A DNA stretch of 8,224 nucleotides. Origin: a virus. Its lineage: Duplodnaviria; Heunggongvirae; Uroviricota; Caudoviricetes. Shown in pieces: positions 1-6,110 of the stretch (positions within the stretch are counted from its first letter, which is position 1; each line of letters begins with the position of its first letter). The position numbers and the translations under genes are program-made. The notes beneath the pieces are model-generated. The model was not told the origin of the DNA, ran no database searches, and worked only from the letters and a program-made list of their open reading frames with translations. The DNA lies in the IMG/VR virus record IMGVR_UViG_2648501186_000018, positions 1 to 8,224 of that record. One strand, 5' to 3'.

Positions 1-837
1 TTACGCCTTCTTTATATCCTCCATAATTTCAGAGTGGGACATATTTGGGACATTATCACCAAAAATGTCGTCTATTTTCCTCGCATGCTCTGTCAAATGA
101 TTAGGCGCAAGGTGAGCATACCTACGAACCATTTCTATGGACTCCCATCCGCCCATTTCCTGAAGCACTGATAATGGGACGCCTGACTGAATCAGCCAGC
201 TTGCCCAGGTGTGTCTGAGGTCATGGAAACGGAAATCTTCAATTCCTGCACGACGACAAGCTGATAGCCATGATGTCTTGCTGTCGATGCGCATCTTCCT
301 GACCGCAGGCGTTGATGTTCCATCTGCTCGCTTAGCCGCCTTGGTATGTACAAACACCCATTTGTGATGCTTGCCTATTTGATCACGCAACACTTTACAG
401 GCGGTATCGTTCAGCGCCACACCAATGGCGCGGTTTGATTTGCTCTCTTCTGGATTCACCCAGGCAACTCGTCGCTGCATGTCGATTTGTTGCCATTCCA
501 GATTTATGATGTTCGACTTTCTCAGACCAGTTGCCAGCGCAAACTTGACGACAGATTTCAGTGGTTCGGGGCACTCATCAATAAGGCGTTTTGCTTCCTC
601 CTTTTCCAGCCATCTGACTCGCTTGTTTCTGACCGCTGGTATCTTGATGACAGGCGCTTTTTCCAGCCACTTCCAGTCGCGTTCTGCAGCACGGAGAATG
701 GCCTTTATCATGGCAAGATGCTTTGCCTTTGTCTGAGTTGATACTGGCTTTGGTTCATAAACAGGCAGTTCTTTACCTTTCCTGATGGCGGCCTGAACTT
801 TCTGTTTCCATATTTCTTTCGTCTTTCTGTTATGCAT
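1..837 (-). CDS. int: Phage tyrosine integrase (DLP12 IntD-like), 5'-truncated. The homologous frame stays open up to 1026 but contains no ATG/GTG/TTG there; the first ATG at 837 gives 278 aa.
   Basis: The translation carries the tyrosine-recombinase C-terminal catalytic region (…[12 protein letters not shown]…[15 protein letters not shown]), with the HxxR box and the catalytic Tyr. Reading the same frame upstream of 837 gives …[55 protein letters not shown], which continues the integrase homology. The frame is closed by TGA at 1027-1029. The ~55 N-terminal residues (arm-binding domain) expected for this family are absent. Confidence 0.85.
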   Translation of the reverse strand: MHNRKTKEIWKQKVQAAIRKGKELPVYEPKPVSTQTKAKHLAMIKAILRAAERDWKWLEKAPVIKIPAVRNKRVRWLEKEEAKRLIDECPEPLKSVVKFALATGLRKSNIINLEWQQIDMQRRVAWVNPEESKSNRAIGVALNDTACKVLRDQIGKHHKWVFVHTKAAKRADGTSTPAVRKMRIDSKTSWLSACRRAGIEDFRFHDLRHTWASWLIQSGVPLSVLQEMGGWESIEMVRRYAHLAPNHLTEHARKIDDIFGDNVPNMSHSEIMEDIKKA

Positions 838-1026
838 TCTGCTTACAGCAGAGTAAATCTTTGCCTCCGAGATATCTTTAAGCCTTATACCCTCAAAATG
901 TTCAAGCCAGAACTCAATCCGGCTTTTATCTGAATCGAGAGATTTTTTATCAGCTTTTTCCTCAAGCCATCTTAGGCAGGCCTCTTCAAAAGTGACATCA
1001 GGTACGCTGCAGGATAATGTCCGGTA

Positions 1027-1407
1027 TCATGCTGCCACCTTCTGCTCAGTGGCTTTCTGTTTCAGGAATCCAAGAGCTTTCACTGCTTCGGCCTGTGTCA
1101 GTTCTGACGATGCGCGAATGTCGCGGCGAAATATCTGGGAACAGAGCGGCAATAAGTCGTCATCCCATGTTTTATCCAGGGCGATCAGCAGAGTGTTAAT
1201 CTCCTGCATGGTTTCATCGTTAATGGCTTTTTTGCTGGCCCCGTGGCGTTGCAAATGATCGATGCATAGCGATTCAAACAGGTGCTGGGGCAGGCCTTTT
1301 TCCATGTCGTCTGCCAGTTCTGCCTCTTTCTCTTCACGGGCGATCTGCTGGTAGTAACGCGCCCAGCTCTGAGCCTCAAGACGATCCTGAATGTAATAAG
1401 CGTTCAT
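1027..1407 (-). CDS. Chimeric gam'-'bet ORF (126 aa). The first ~60 aa match lambda Gam from its internal GamS start; the last ~65 aa match the C-terminus of lambda Bet. Probable in-frame deletion product.
   Basis: N-terminus [60 protein letters not shown] matches the lambda Gam sequence as I recall it. C-terminus …[64 protein letters not shown] matches the end of lambda Bet as recalled. A strong Shine-Dalgarno AGGAG lies 7 nt upstream of the ATG at 1407. Both matches are from memory and need alignment to confirm. Confidence 0.75.
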   Translation of the reverse strand: MNAYYIQDRLEAQSWARYYQQIAREEKEAELADDMEKGLPQHLFESLCIDHLQRHGASKKAINDETMQEINTLLIALDKTWDDDLLPLCSQIFRRDIRASSELTQAEAVKALGFLKQKATEQKVAA

Positions 1408-1482
1408 GGCTGAACTCCTGAAAATGGCTGTGAAAATATCGCCCGCGAAATGCCAGGCTGATTAGGAAAACAGGAAAGGGGA

Positions 1483-1689
1483 TTAGCGATTCAGGCCGTT
1501 ACCGCGTCCGTCGAGAAAAACTTCCACGAGCAAATCACGGGTATAAGTGCGCTCGATGCCGCGATGCAGATAAAGCCGTCCGCGTAAATTAGCTGATGCA
1601 GTCCAGGTACCATCTTTGTGTTTGACCAGCATTCCTGGCATGACCGCACCTCGATTAACGGTCTGCGTTCCGTAATGTTGATGAACCAT
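1483..1689 (-). CDS. kil: Kil-like small protein (68 aa), similar to Rac KilR, a host FtsZ/cell-division inhibitor. The start is assigned to the ATG at 1689; the ORF track extends the frame to a TTG at 1893.
   Basis: An AGGAG Shine-Dalgarno sits 5 nt upstream of the ATG at 1687-1689. The product [68 protein letters not shown] aligns with my recollection of Rac KilR (shared PG…(V/L)xH…GT(W/Y)xASAN…R(K/R)LY…T(F/Y)xxD…(K/E)VFL). It lies immediately upstream of gam in the PL operon, which is the lambda kil position. The KilR match is from memory and needs confirmation. Confidence 0.55.
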   Translation of the reverse strand: MVHQHYGTQTVNRGAVMPGMLVKHKDGTWTASANLRGRLYLHRGIERTYTRDLLVEVFLDGRGNGLNR

Positions 1690-1910
1690 AAAAACTCCTG
1701 CCCGTAAGCTGGGCTGCTGAACATATAGAGACTTCTGCGCGTATTCAGGCGGTGGATGGCCGCCGGTTGTCATAACTAAGCCGCCTCGTTGAAGCGACTG
1801 AGGTATAAAGTGTTGTGTTGATTTCAGCTGGTCACACCGACGTTCACGCGTCCGTTTCACCCCTCGCACTCCCCGAAGCCTGCTGAAATTCAAACTGCGG
1901 ATCTAAGCGG

Positions 1911-1962
1911 TCATCGCAACGGTGAAACAGGTGGTTACCGTATCGTTGTGTCGTTGCGATGA
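1911..1962 (-). repeat. Perfect 11-bp inverted repeat (TCATCGCAACG … CGTTGCGATGA) with a 30-nt spacer, at the 5' end of the predicted PL transcript.
   Basis: Read directly: 1911-1921 tcatcgcaacg and 1952-1962 cgttgcgatga are exact reverse complements. The spacer contains a second TCGTTG copy that could pair alternatively with the first arm. Confidence 0.7.
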
Positions 1963-1964
1963 AT

Positions 1965-2040
1965 TTATTTAAAACTATAGTTGTTTTATCGTCAACAACA
2001 AAAGTTGTTTTATCGGTTGTTTTAAATATAACTGGTTGTA
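1965..2040 (-). promoter_or_regulatory. PL promoter with OL operators (leftward early promoter).
   Basis: On the minus strand: -35 TTGACG (plus 1990-1995), 17-bp spacer, -10 TTAAAT (plus 1967-1972). The segment GTTGTTGACGATAAAACAACTATAGTTTTAAAT is near-identical to the PR segment GTTGTTGACTAAAAACAACCATAGTTTTAAT at 3514-3544. Operator-like elements: palindrome AACAAC-aaaa-GTTGTT at 1994-2009; GTTGTTTTATCG repeated at 1980-1991 and 2004-2015; further GTTGT copies at 2017-2021 and 2035-2039. Confidence 0.6.
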
Positions 2041-2132
2041 TTTAGGATGGATTTATTTTGTGACTTGCATCGCATAGCGATAACTGAAGTGAGGTGTGGT
2101 GGTTTTTTGGACGGTATGAGTTATGAGGGGGA

Positions 2133-2161
2133 GGAAAAGAAAACCCGGCGCGGTTGCCGGG
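2133..2161 (-). terminator. Rho-independent terminator ending the cI-lipoprotein transcript.
   Basis: GC stem cccggc (2144-2149) / gccggg (2156-2161) with loop gcggtt. On the minus strand it is followed by TTTTCTTTTCC, 9 nt downstream of the lipoprotein stop. Confidence 0.7.
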
Positions 2162-2169
2162 TATGATTA

Positions 2170-2550
2170 TCAGTCAGCCCAACCTGATTTCGAGTTTATT
2201 TGGGTTTCTGACATTGTGTATTTCTTAATCGTGTCATCGTTAAAAAGAATAGTAAGTTCTTTTTTCGTACCGTTCGTTCCGTTATGGAATAATCCATAGA
2301 ATGGAATAAAAGTGGTGCCATTAACTTTTACTTTTGCAAAGGCGTACTTCCAGATCTCCTTTCCACTGTCAGTATATGAAACAGCATCAGGAGAACCAAA
2401 GTAAGATTTAACCTCATTCTTGGTTGTTTTACCTTCCTGAAGTTTAGACTGGACACTAATTTCAGTTTCATTTTTGAGTTGCTGGTTGCCTGAAGAAGCA
2501 CACCCAGCCAATACAGATGCCATCATGGCAGCGATTAGGATTTTTCTCAT
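2170..2550 (-). CDS. Outer-membrane-type lipoprotein (126 aa) of unknown function, encoded immediately downstream of cI in the position lambda uses for rexAB.
   Basis: Signal peptide MRKILIAAMMASVLAGC with lipobox LAGC, and Ala at +2 after the Cys. An RBS GGAAAC precedes the start. The mature part shows a BamE/SmpA-OmlA-like motif pattern (G.T..EV...FG.PD…W.Y.F…LTILFN), which is my inference only. It is flanked by its own terminator and separated from cI by a 229-bp AT-rich spacer. Confidence 0.8.
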   Translation of the reverse strand: MRKILIAAMMASVLAGCASSGNQQLKNETEISVQSKLQEGKTTKNEVKSYFGSPDAVSYTDSGKEIWKYAFAKVKVNGTTFIPFYGLFHNGTNGTKKELTILFNDDTIKKYTMSETQINSKSGWAD

Positions 2551-2779
2551 TTTATGTTTCCATTCATTATAATCAGAAACATCTTAACATAATGATTCGA
2601 AATAAAAACCGCTACGAGATAGGGAGACATTTTGCTGACAGTAGCAACAAATCTCAGCTAACAACGAGAATATTTACTGAAATATGCAAACAGATTTGGC
2701 GTTCTTATAGAGAATTTAGTGCAATATCTAATCCGAGTGGTATAAACCTTAACCTTCGCTCCCTTAAGTCGTAGATAAA

Positions 2780-3469
2780 TTAACCATGCTTCCTGTACGT
2801 CTGCGGCATGCTTCCAATGACCTTACCGAATATGAACACCCGGTTCATCTCGTCTTTCTCGATCGGGTCCCACGGCGAGTAGCTCTTGTTATCAGAGATA
2901 ACCAGCAGCTTATCCTTCATCATTTGAAGACGTTTTACATGGGCAGTGTCGTCGTACAGAAACGCATAGATGCCATCACCGTCGAAAGATTTAACAGTGA
3001 TATCAACGAACAGCAGGTCACCTGGTTCGATCGTCCCTGACATGCTGTCACCTCGCACGTTAATGATGCGGATATTTTCCGCCTTCCTGCCATCGAACAT
3101 GTGACGAGCATCGTCAAACGAGTACTCAACCGAGCGTAGAACTTCTACAAACTCACGGTTGATTACACCTGGCCCGGCACTGACTTCTATATCAAGAACG
3201 TCAATTTTGAAGTATTTGGAATGGCTGACAGTTGATTGTATTGGTTGCACTGTACTGTCTGACATATTTCCAACGCCAGAAGATAACCATTCTGCGCGTA
3301 CACCCAAAGCGTTCGCGATCTCCACGATTTTAGTTGTTTGGTTAGCTTTCCCTGTTTCGATTTTCTGAATAGCAGCCTGGCTAACCCCGACCAAATCCCC
3401 AAGCGCCTTTTGTGTAAGGCCTCGCGCTAATCTGGCTTCTTTAAGTCTTTCTGAGAGTGTTGTTTTCAT
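2780..3469 (-). CDS. cI: CI-type prophage repressor: N-terminal XRE-family HTH plus C-terminal LexA-like S24 autopeptidase domain.
   Basis: HTH region LTQKALGDLVGVSQAAIQKIE. Ala-Gly cleavage site in EVSAGPG. Catalytic Ser in VRGDSM and Lys in HVKRL. It is divergent from cro across an operator region. The mRNA is probably leaderless or nearly so, since the PRM -10 lies about 7 nt upstream of the ATG. Confidence 0.95.
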   Translation of the reverse strand: MKTTLSERLKEARLARGLTQKALGDLVGVSQAAIQKIETGKANQTTKIVEIANALGVRAEWLSSGVGNMSDSTVQPIQSTVSHSKYFKIDVLDIEVSAGPGVINREFVEVLRSVEYSFDDARHMFDGRKAENIRIINVRGDSMSGTIEPGDLLFVDITVKSFDGDGIYAFLYDDTAHVKRLQMMKDKLLVISDNKSYSPWDPIEKDEMNRVFIFGKVIGSMPQTYRKHG

Positions 3470-3475
3470 AGATCA

Positions 3476-3546
3476 AATGTACAACCAAGGTTTTATTTCA
3501 TCAAACGAAAATGGTTGTTGACTAAAAACAACCATAGTTTTAATCT
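3476..3546. promoter_or_regulatory. OR operator region with divergent promoters PRM (leftward, cI) and PR (rightward, cro).
   Basis: PR: -35 TTGACT at 3518-3523, 17-bp spacer, -10 TAATCT at 3541-3546. PRM on the minus strand: -35 TTGATG (plus 3499-3504), 17-bp spacer, -10 TACATT (plus 3476-3481). Perfect 9-bp inverted repeat ATGGTTGTT-N7-AACAACCAT at 3511-3535 overlaps the PR -35. An additional ACAACCA half-site at 3481-3487 overlaps the PRM -10. Confidence 0.7.
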
Positions 3547-3573
3547 TGATTCGGATTAACCACGGAGGTTGTT

Positions 3574-3804
3574 ATGAACCCAGCAATCAAAACAGCGATC
3601 AATATCGTTGGTTCACAAAAGAAACTAGGCGATGCCTGCGAAGTTTCACAGCAGGCCGTCTATAAGTGGCTTCACAACAAAGCAAAGGTATCCCCTGAAC
3701 ATGTCGGCAGCATTGTTACGGCTACTGGTGGAGTTGTGAAGGCATACCAGATTCGCCCGGATCTTCCGAAGTTGTTTCCACACACCGAAAAGAACGCAGC
3801 TTAA
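3574..3804 (+). CDS. cro: Cro-like HTH regulator of the YdaS type (76 aa).
   Basis: First gene downstream of PR and divergent from cI. RBS GGAGG lies 6 nt upstream of the ATG. The family-like pattern AIxxxGSQxxLxxxxxVSQQAVxxW…GGV…RPDL matches the YdaS/Cro family as I recall it. Confidence 0.85.
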   Translation: MNPAIKTAINIVGSQKKLGDACEVSQQAVYKWLHNKAKVSPEHVGSIVTATGGVVKAYQIRPDLPKLFPHTEKNAA

Positions 3805-3816
3805 ATTTCCATTTCA

Positions 3817-3829
3817 CGCTCTTTAACAA
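3817..3829 (+). promoter_or_regulatory. boxA-like element (CGCTCTTTAACAA) in the cro-O spacer, at the nutR position; no convincing boxB hairpin follows.
   Basis: Matches the rrn/lambdoid boxA consensus GCTCTTTAACAA, 13 nt after the cro stop. Downstream there is only an AGTCAATT direct repeat (3847-3854 and 3867-3874), not a GC hairpin. Confidence 0.45.
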
Positions 3830-3873
3830 TAAGCAATCAACTTAACAGTCAATTCAAACTAAAGGAGTCAATT

Positions 3874-5046
3874 ATGCAACCACTTACATACCAACAGACT
3901 AGCGGATTTATTCCGACTGCGGTGATAAATCGTTCTCAAACAAAACAAGCTCCAGGCCACGAAAAAATCCGTGATGCCGTCCGCGCCTGGTCGGCTGTAG
4001 ATAATCAGGATGTCGTTGCCGCACTCATTGTGAATGAGTATCGGGAGCAGGGCGACGGCACCATCGATTTCCCTGATGATGTCAGCCGTGCACGCCAGAA
4101 GCTGTTCCGCTTCCTCGATAACAAATTCGATTCTGAAAAATACCGAAATAACGTGCGTGAACTGACCCCGGCAATTCTGGCGGTACTACCGCTGGAATAT
4201 CGCGGTTACCTGGTTGAGCAGGATAGCTTCATGACTCGGTTGGCCGGATTAACACAGCACCAGCTTCTGGTCTTCCTGGCTGTCATGCGCAAAACATATG
4301 GCTTTAATAAAAGACTGGATTGGGTGAGCAACGAGCAACTTTCCGAATTGACCGGGATATTGCCGCACAAGTGTTCTGCTGCAAAAAGCGTTCTGGTAAA
4401 GCGTGGGATTCTTATTCAGAGCGGGCGAAATATCGGCATTAATAATGTGGTCAGTGAATGGTCAACATTACCCGAATCAGGTAAGAAAAATAAAGTTTAC
4501 CTGAAAGAGGTAAATTTACCTGAATCAGGTAAGAAAAGTTTACCCAAATCAGGTAAAGGCGTTTACCCGAATCAGGTAAACACAAAAGACAAACTAACAA
4601 AAGACAATATAAAACCTTTTTCGTCCGAGAATTCTGGCGAATCCTCTGACCAGCCAGAAAACGACCTTCCTGTGGTGAAACCGGATGCTGCAATTCAGAG
4701 TGGCAGCAAGTGGGGGACAGCAGAAGACCTGACCGCCGCAGAGTGGATGTTTGACATGGTGAAGACCATCGCGCCATCAGCCAGAAAACCGAATTTTGCA
4801 GGGTGGGCTAACGATATCCGCCTGATGCGTGAACGTGACGGACGTAACCACCGCGACATGTGCGTGCTGTTCCGCTGGGCATGCCAGGACAACTTCTGGT
4901 CCGGTAACGTGCTGAGTCCGGCCAAACTCCGCGACAAGTGGACCCAGCTCGAAATCAACCGAAACAAGCAACAGGCTGGCGTGACAGCCGGCAAACCAAA
5001 ACTCGACCTGACGAACACTGACTGGATTTACGGGGTGGATTTATGA
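3874..5046 (+). CDS. O: Replication initiator, lambda O-like (390 aa), with the origin embedded in the gene.
   Basis: The N-terminal domain shares the lambda O signature (LTQHQLLVFLAVMRKTYGFNKRLDWVSNEQLSELTGILPHKCSAAKSVLVKRGILIQ versus lambda O LTKRQFKVLLAILRKTYGWNKPMDRITDSQLSEITKLP…). RBS AAGGAG precedes the start. The gene overlaps P by ATGA and contains the iterons listed separately. Confidence 0.9.
   Translation: MQPLTYQQTSGFIPTAVINRSQTKQAPGHEKIRDAVRAWSAVDNQDVVAALIVNEYREQGDGTIDFPDDVSRARQKLFRFLDNKFDSEKYRNNVRELTPAILAVLPLEYRGYLVEQDSFMTRLAGLTQHQLLVFLAVMRKTYGFNKRLDWVSNEQLSELTGILPHKCSAAKSVLVKRGILIQSGRNIGINNVVSEWSTLPESGKKNKVYLKEVNLPESGKKSLPKSGKGVYPNQVNTKDKLTKDNIKPFSSENSGESSDQPENDLPVVKPDAAIQSGSKWGTAEDLTAAEWMFDMVKTIAPSARKPNFAGWANDIRLMRERDGRNHRDMCVLFRWACQDNFWSGNVLSPAKLRDKWTQLEINRNKQQAGVTAGKPKLDLTNTDWIYGVDL
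4468..4579. repeat. Origin iterons: five 17-bp palindromic repeats TTACC-N7-GGTAA inside the O gene, followed by an A/T-rich stretch (4580-4622).
   Basis: Copies at 4468-4484, 4497-4513 (degenerate), 4516-4532, 4540-4556 and 4563-4579. They are mirrored in the protein as repeated PESGKK/PKSGK motifs. This is the lambda ori architecture, with different iteron sequence. Confidence 0.85.
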
Positions 5047-5744
5047 AAAACATCGCCGCACAGATGGTTAACTTTGACCGTGAGCAGATGCGCCGGATCG
5101 CCAACAATATGCCGGAACAGTACGACGAAAAGCCGCAGGTACAGCAGGTAGCGCAGATCATCAACGGTGTGTTCAGCCAGTTACTGGCAACTTTCCCGGC
5201 GAGCCTGGCTAACCGTGACCAGAATGAACTGAACGAAATCCGCCGCCAGTGGGTTCTGGCTTTCCGGGAAAACGGGATCACCACAATGGAACAGGTTAAC
5301 GCTGGAATGCGCGTAGCCCGTCGGCAGAATCGACCATTCCTGCCATCACCCGGGCAGTTTGTCGCCTGGTGCCGGGAAGAAGCATCTGTTAACGCCGGGC
5401 TGCCAAACGTCAGCGAGCTGGTTGATATGGTTTACGAGTATTGCCGGAAGCGTGGCCTGTATCCGGATGCAGAGTCTTATCCGTGGAAATCGAACGCGCA
5501 TTACTGGTTGGTTACCAACTTGTACCAGAACATGCGGGCCAATGCGCTGGCTGACGCGGAATTACGGCGCAAGGCTGCCGATGAACTGACCTGTATGACA
5601 GCGCGAATTAACCGTGGTGAGACGATACCTGAACCAGTAAAACAACTTCCTGTTATGGGCGGTAGACCTCTAAATCGTGCACAGGCTCTGGCGAAGATCG
5701 CAGAAATTAAAGCTAAGTTCGGACTGAAAGGAGCAAGTGTATGA
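5043..5744 (+). CDS. P: Replication protein P (DnaB helicase loader), nearly identical to lambda P.
   Basis: The 233-aa product MKNIAAQMVNFDREQMRRIANNMPEQYDEKPQVQQVAQIINGV…AKFGLKGASV matches lambda P as recalled, with only a few substitutions. The start overlaps the O stop (ATGA) and the stop overlaps the ren start. Confidence 0.95.
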   Translation: MKNIAAQMVNFDREQMRRIANNMPEQYDEKPQVQQVAQIINGVFSQLLATFPASLANRDQNELNEIRRQWVLAFRENGITTMEQVNAGMRVARRQNRPFLPSPGQFVAWCREEASVNAGLPNVSELVDMVYEYCRKRGLYPDAESYPWKSNAHYWLVTNLYQNMRANALADAELRRKAADELTCMTARINRGETIPEPVKQLPVMGGRPLNRAQALAKIAEIKAKFGLKGASV

Positions 5745-6043
5745 CGGGCAAAGAGGCAATTATTCATTACCTGGGGACGCATAAGAGCTTCTGTGCACAG
5801 GACGTTGCCGCGGTAACAGGCGCAACCGTAACCAGCATAAATCAGGCTGCGGCTAAAATGGCGCGGGCAGGAATCCTGGTCGTTGATGGTAAGGTCTGGC
5901 GAACGGTGTATTACCGGTTCGCTACCAGAGAAGAATGGGAAGGAAAGGTGAGCACGAATCTGATTTTTAAGGAGTGTCGCCAGAGTGCCGCGATGAAACG
6001 GGTATTGAGGGTATATAAAAGAACATCAATGGGAACACAATGA
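5741..6043 (+). CDS. ren: Ren (lambda ren-like; protects against Rex exclusion), 100 aa.
   Basis: MTGKEAIIHYLGTHKSFCAQDVAAVTGATVTSINQAAAKMARAGILVVDGKVWRTVYYRFATREEWEGK… matches lambda Ren as recalled. The C-terminal tail differs slightly. The start overlaps the P stop by ATGA. Confidence 0.9.
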   Translation: MTGKEAIIHYLGTHKSFCAQDVAAVTGATVTSINQAAAKMARAGILVVDGKVWRTVYYRFATREEWEGKVSTNLIFKECRQSAAMKRVLRVYKRTSMGTQ

Positions 6044-6060
6044 TGAAACAGGTGAGTTGA

Positions 6061-6095
6061 GTTCAAACTGTAGTACAATTCTCTCCAGTTTGAAC
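6061..6095 (+). repeat. Perfect 10-bp inverted repeat GTTCAAACTG-N15-CAGTTTGAAC in the emrE 5' leader.
   Basis: Read directly; it lies between the ren stop (6043) and the emrE RBS. No T-tract follows, so it is not a classical terminator. Confidence 0.6.
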
Positions 6096-6110
6096 AGGAA
6101 AGAATATGCT

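Noticed and set aside
425-741. Plus-strand ORFs (103 and 84 aa) inside the integrase gene
   Set aside because: They are antisense to a clearly homologous integrase frame and are Cys/Phe/Ser-rich, which is typical of antisense artefacts.
992-1379. Plus-strand ORFs at 992-1258 and 1017-1199, and a minus-strand ORF at 1185-1379, overlapping the gam'-'bet ORF
   Set aside because: They overlap a frame with recognisable Gam/Bet homology and a strong RBS, and show no independent support.
1690-1773. Alternative start for the kil-like ORF at ATG 1773, giving a 96-aa protein
   Set aside because: Its GAGG is 10 nt from the ATG, which is a worse spacing than the AGGAG 5 nt upstream of ATG 1689. The KilR-like alignment begins at the 1689 methionine.
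1483-1893. The full 136-aa TTG-initiated ORF, with an arginine-rich N-terminus (KRTRERR) that looks like the RNA-binding motif of N antiterminators
   Set aside because: It starts with TTG and has no Shine-Dalgarno, and no boxB hairpin is visible at either nut position. The C-terminal 68 aa have their own strong RBS and ATG and resemble KilR. The upstream part is more likely a translated remnant than an N gene.
2547-2630. A 27-codon upstream ORF on the minus strand whose stop overlaps the lipoprotein start codon (ATGA)
   Set aside because: There is no recognisable Shine-Dalgarno, and a short ORF in AT-rich DNA is easily chance. I treat the region as the lipoprotein promoter/leader.
2517-2774. 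Plus-strand 85-aa ORF in the cI-lipoprotein spacer
   Set aside because: It lies in an AT-rich intergenic region on the strand opposite both flanking genes, overlaps the lipoprotein start, has no RBS, and is low complexity.
2749-2775. Possible terminator hairpin just downstream of cI (CTTAA … TTAAG)
   Set aside because: The stem is a weak 5-bp A/T-rich pairing with an 11-nt loop and no U-tract, so it is not convincing. Readthrough from cI into the lipoprotein gene remains possible.
2786-3402. ORFs overlapping cI on either strand (2786-3040, 2935-3129, 3159-3368, 3187-3402)
   Set aside because: They lie within a confidently identified repressor gene, and there are no RBS or homology signals.
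4451-5782. Minus-strand and alternative-frame ORFs inside O and P (4451-4777, 4695-5018, 4777-4971, 4955-5284, 5359-5589, 5501-5782)
   Set aside because: They are antisense or out of frame within the strongly supported O and P genes. The 4451-4777 ORF is an artefact of the iteron repeats.
6057-6110. N-terminal extension of emrE from a TTG at 6057
   Set aside because: EmrE begins MNPYIYLGG at the ATG at 6111, which has an RBS. The extension would also read through the leader hairpin.
6044-6110. Guanidine-type riboswitch upstream of the SMR transporter gene
   Set aside because: SMR/Gdx genes are often riboswitch-controlled, but the single hairpin here has a 15-nt loop without the ACGR motifs of guanidine-II, and the region is too short for the other classes.
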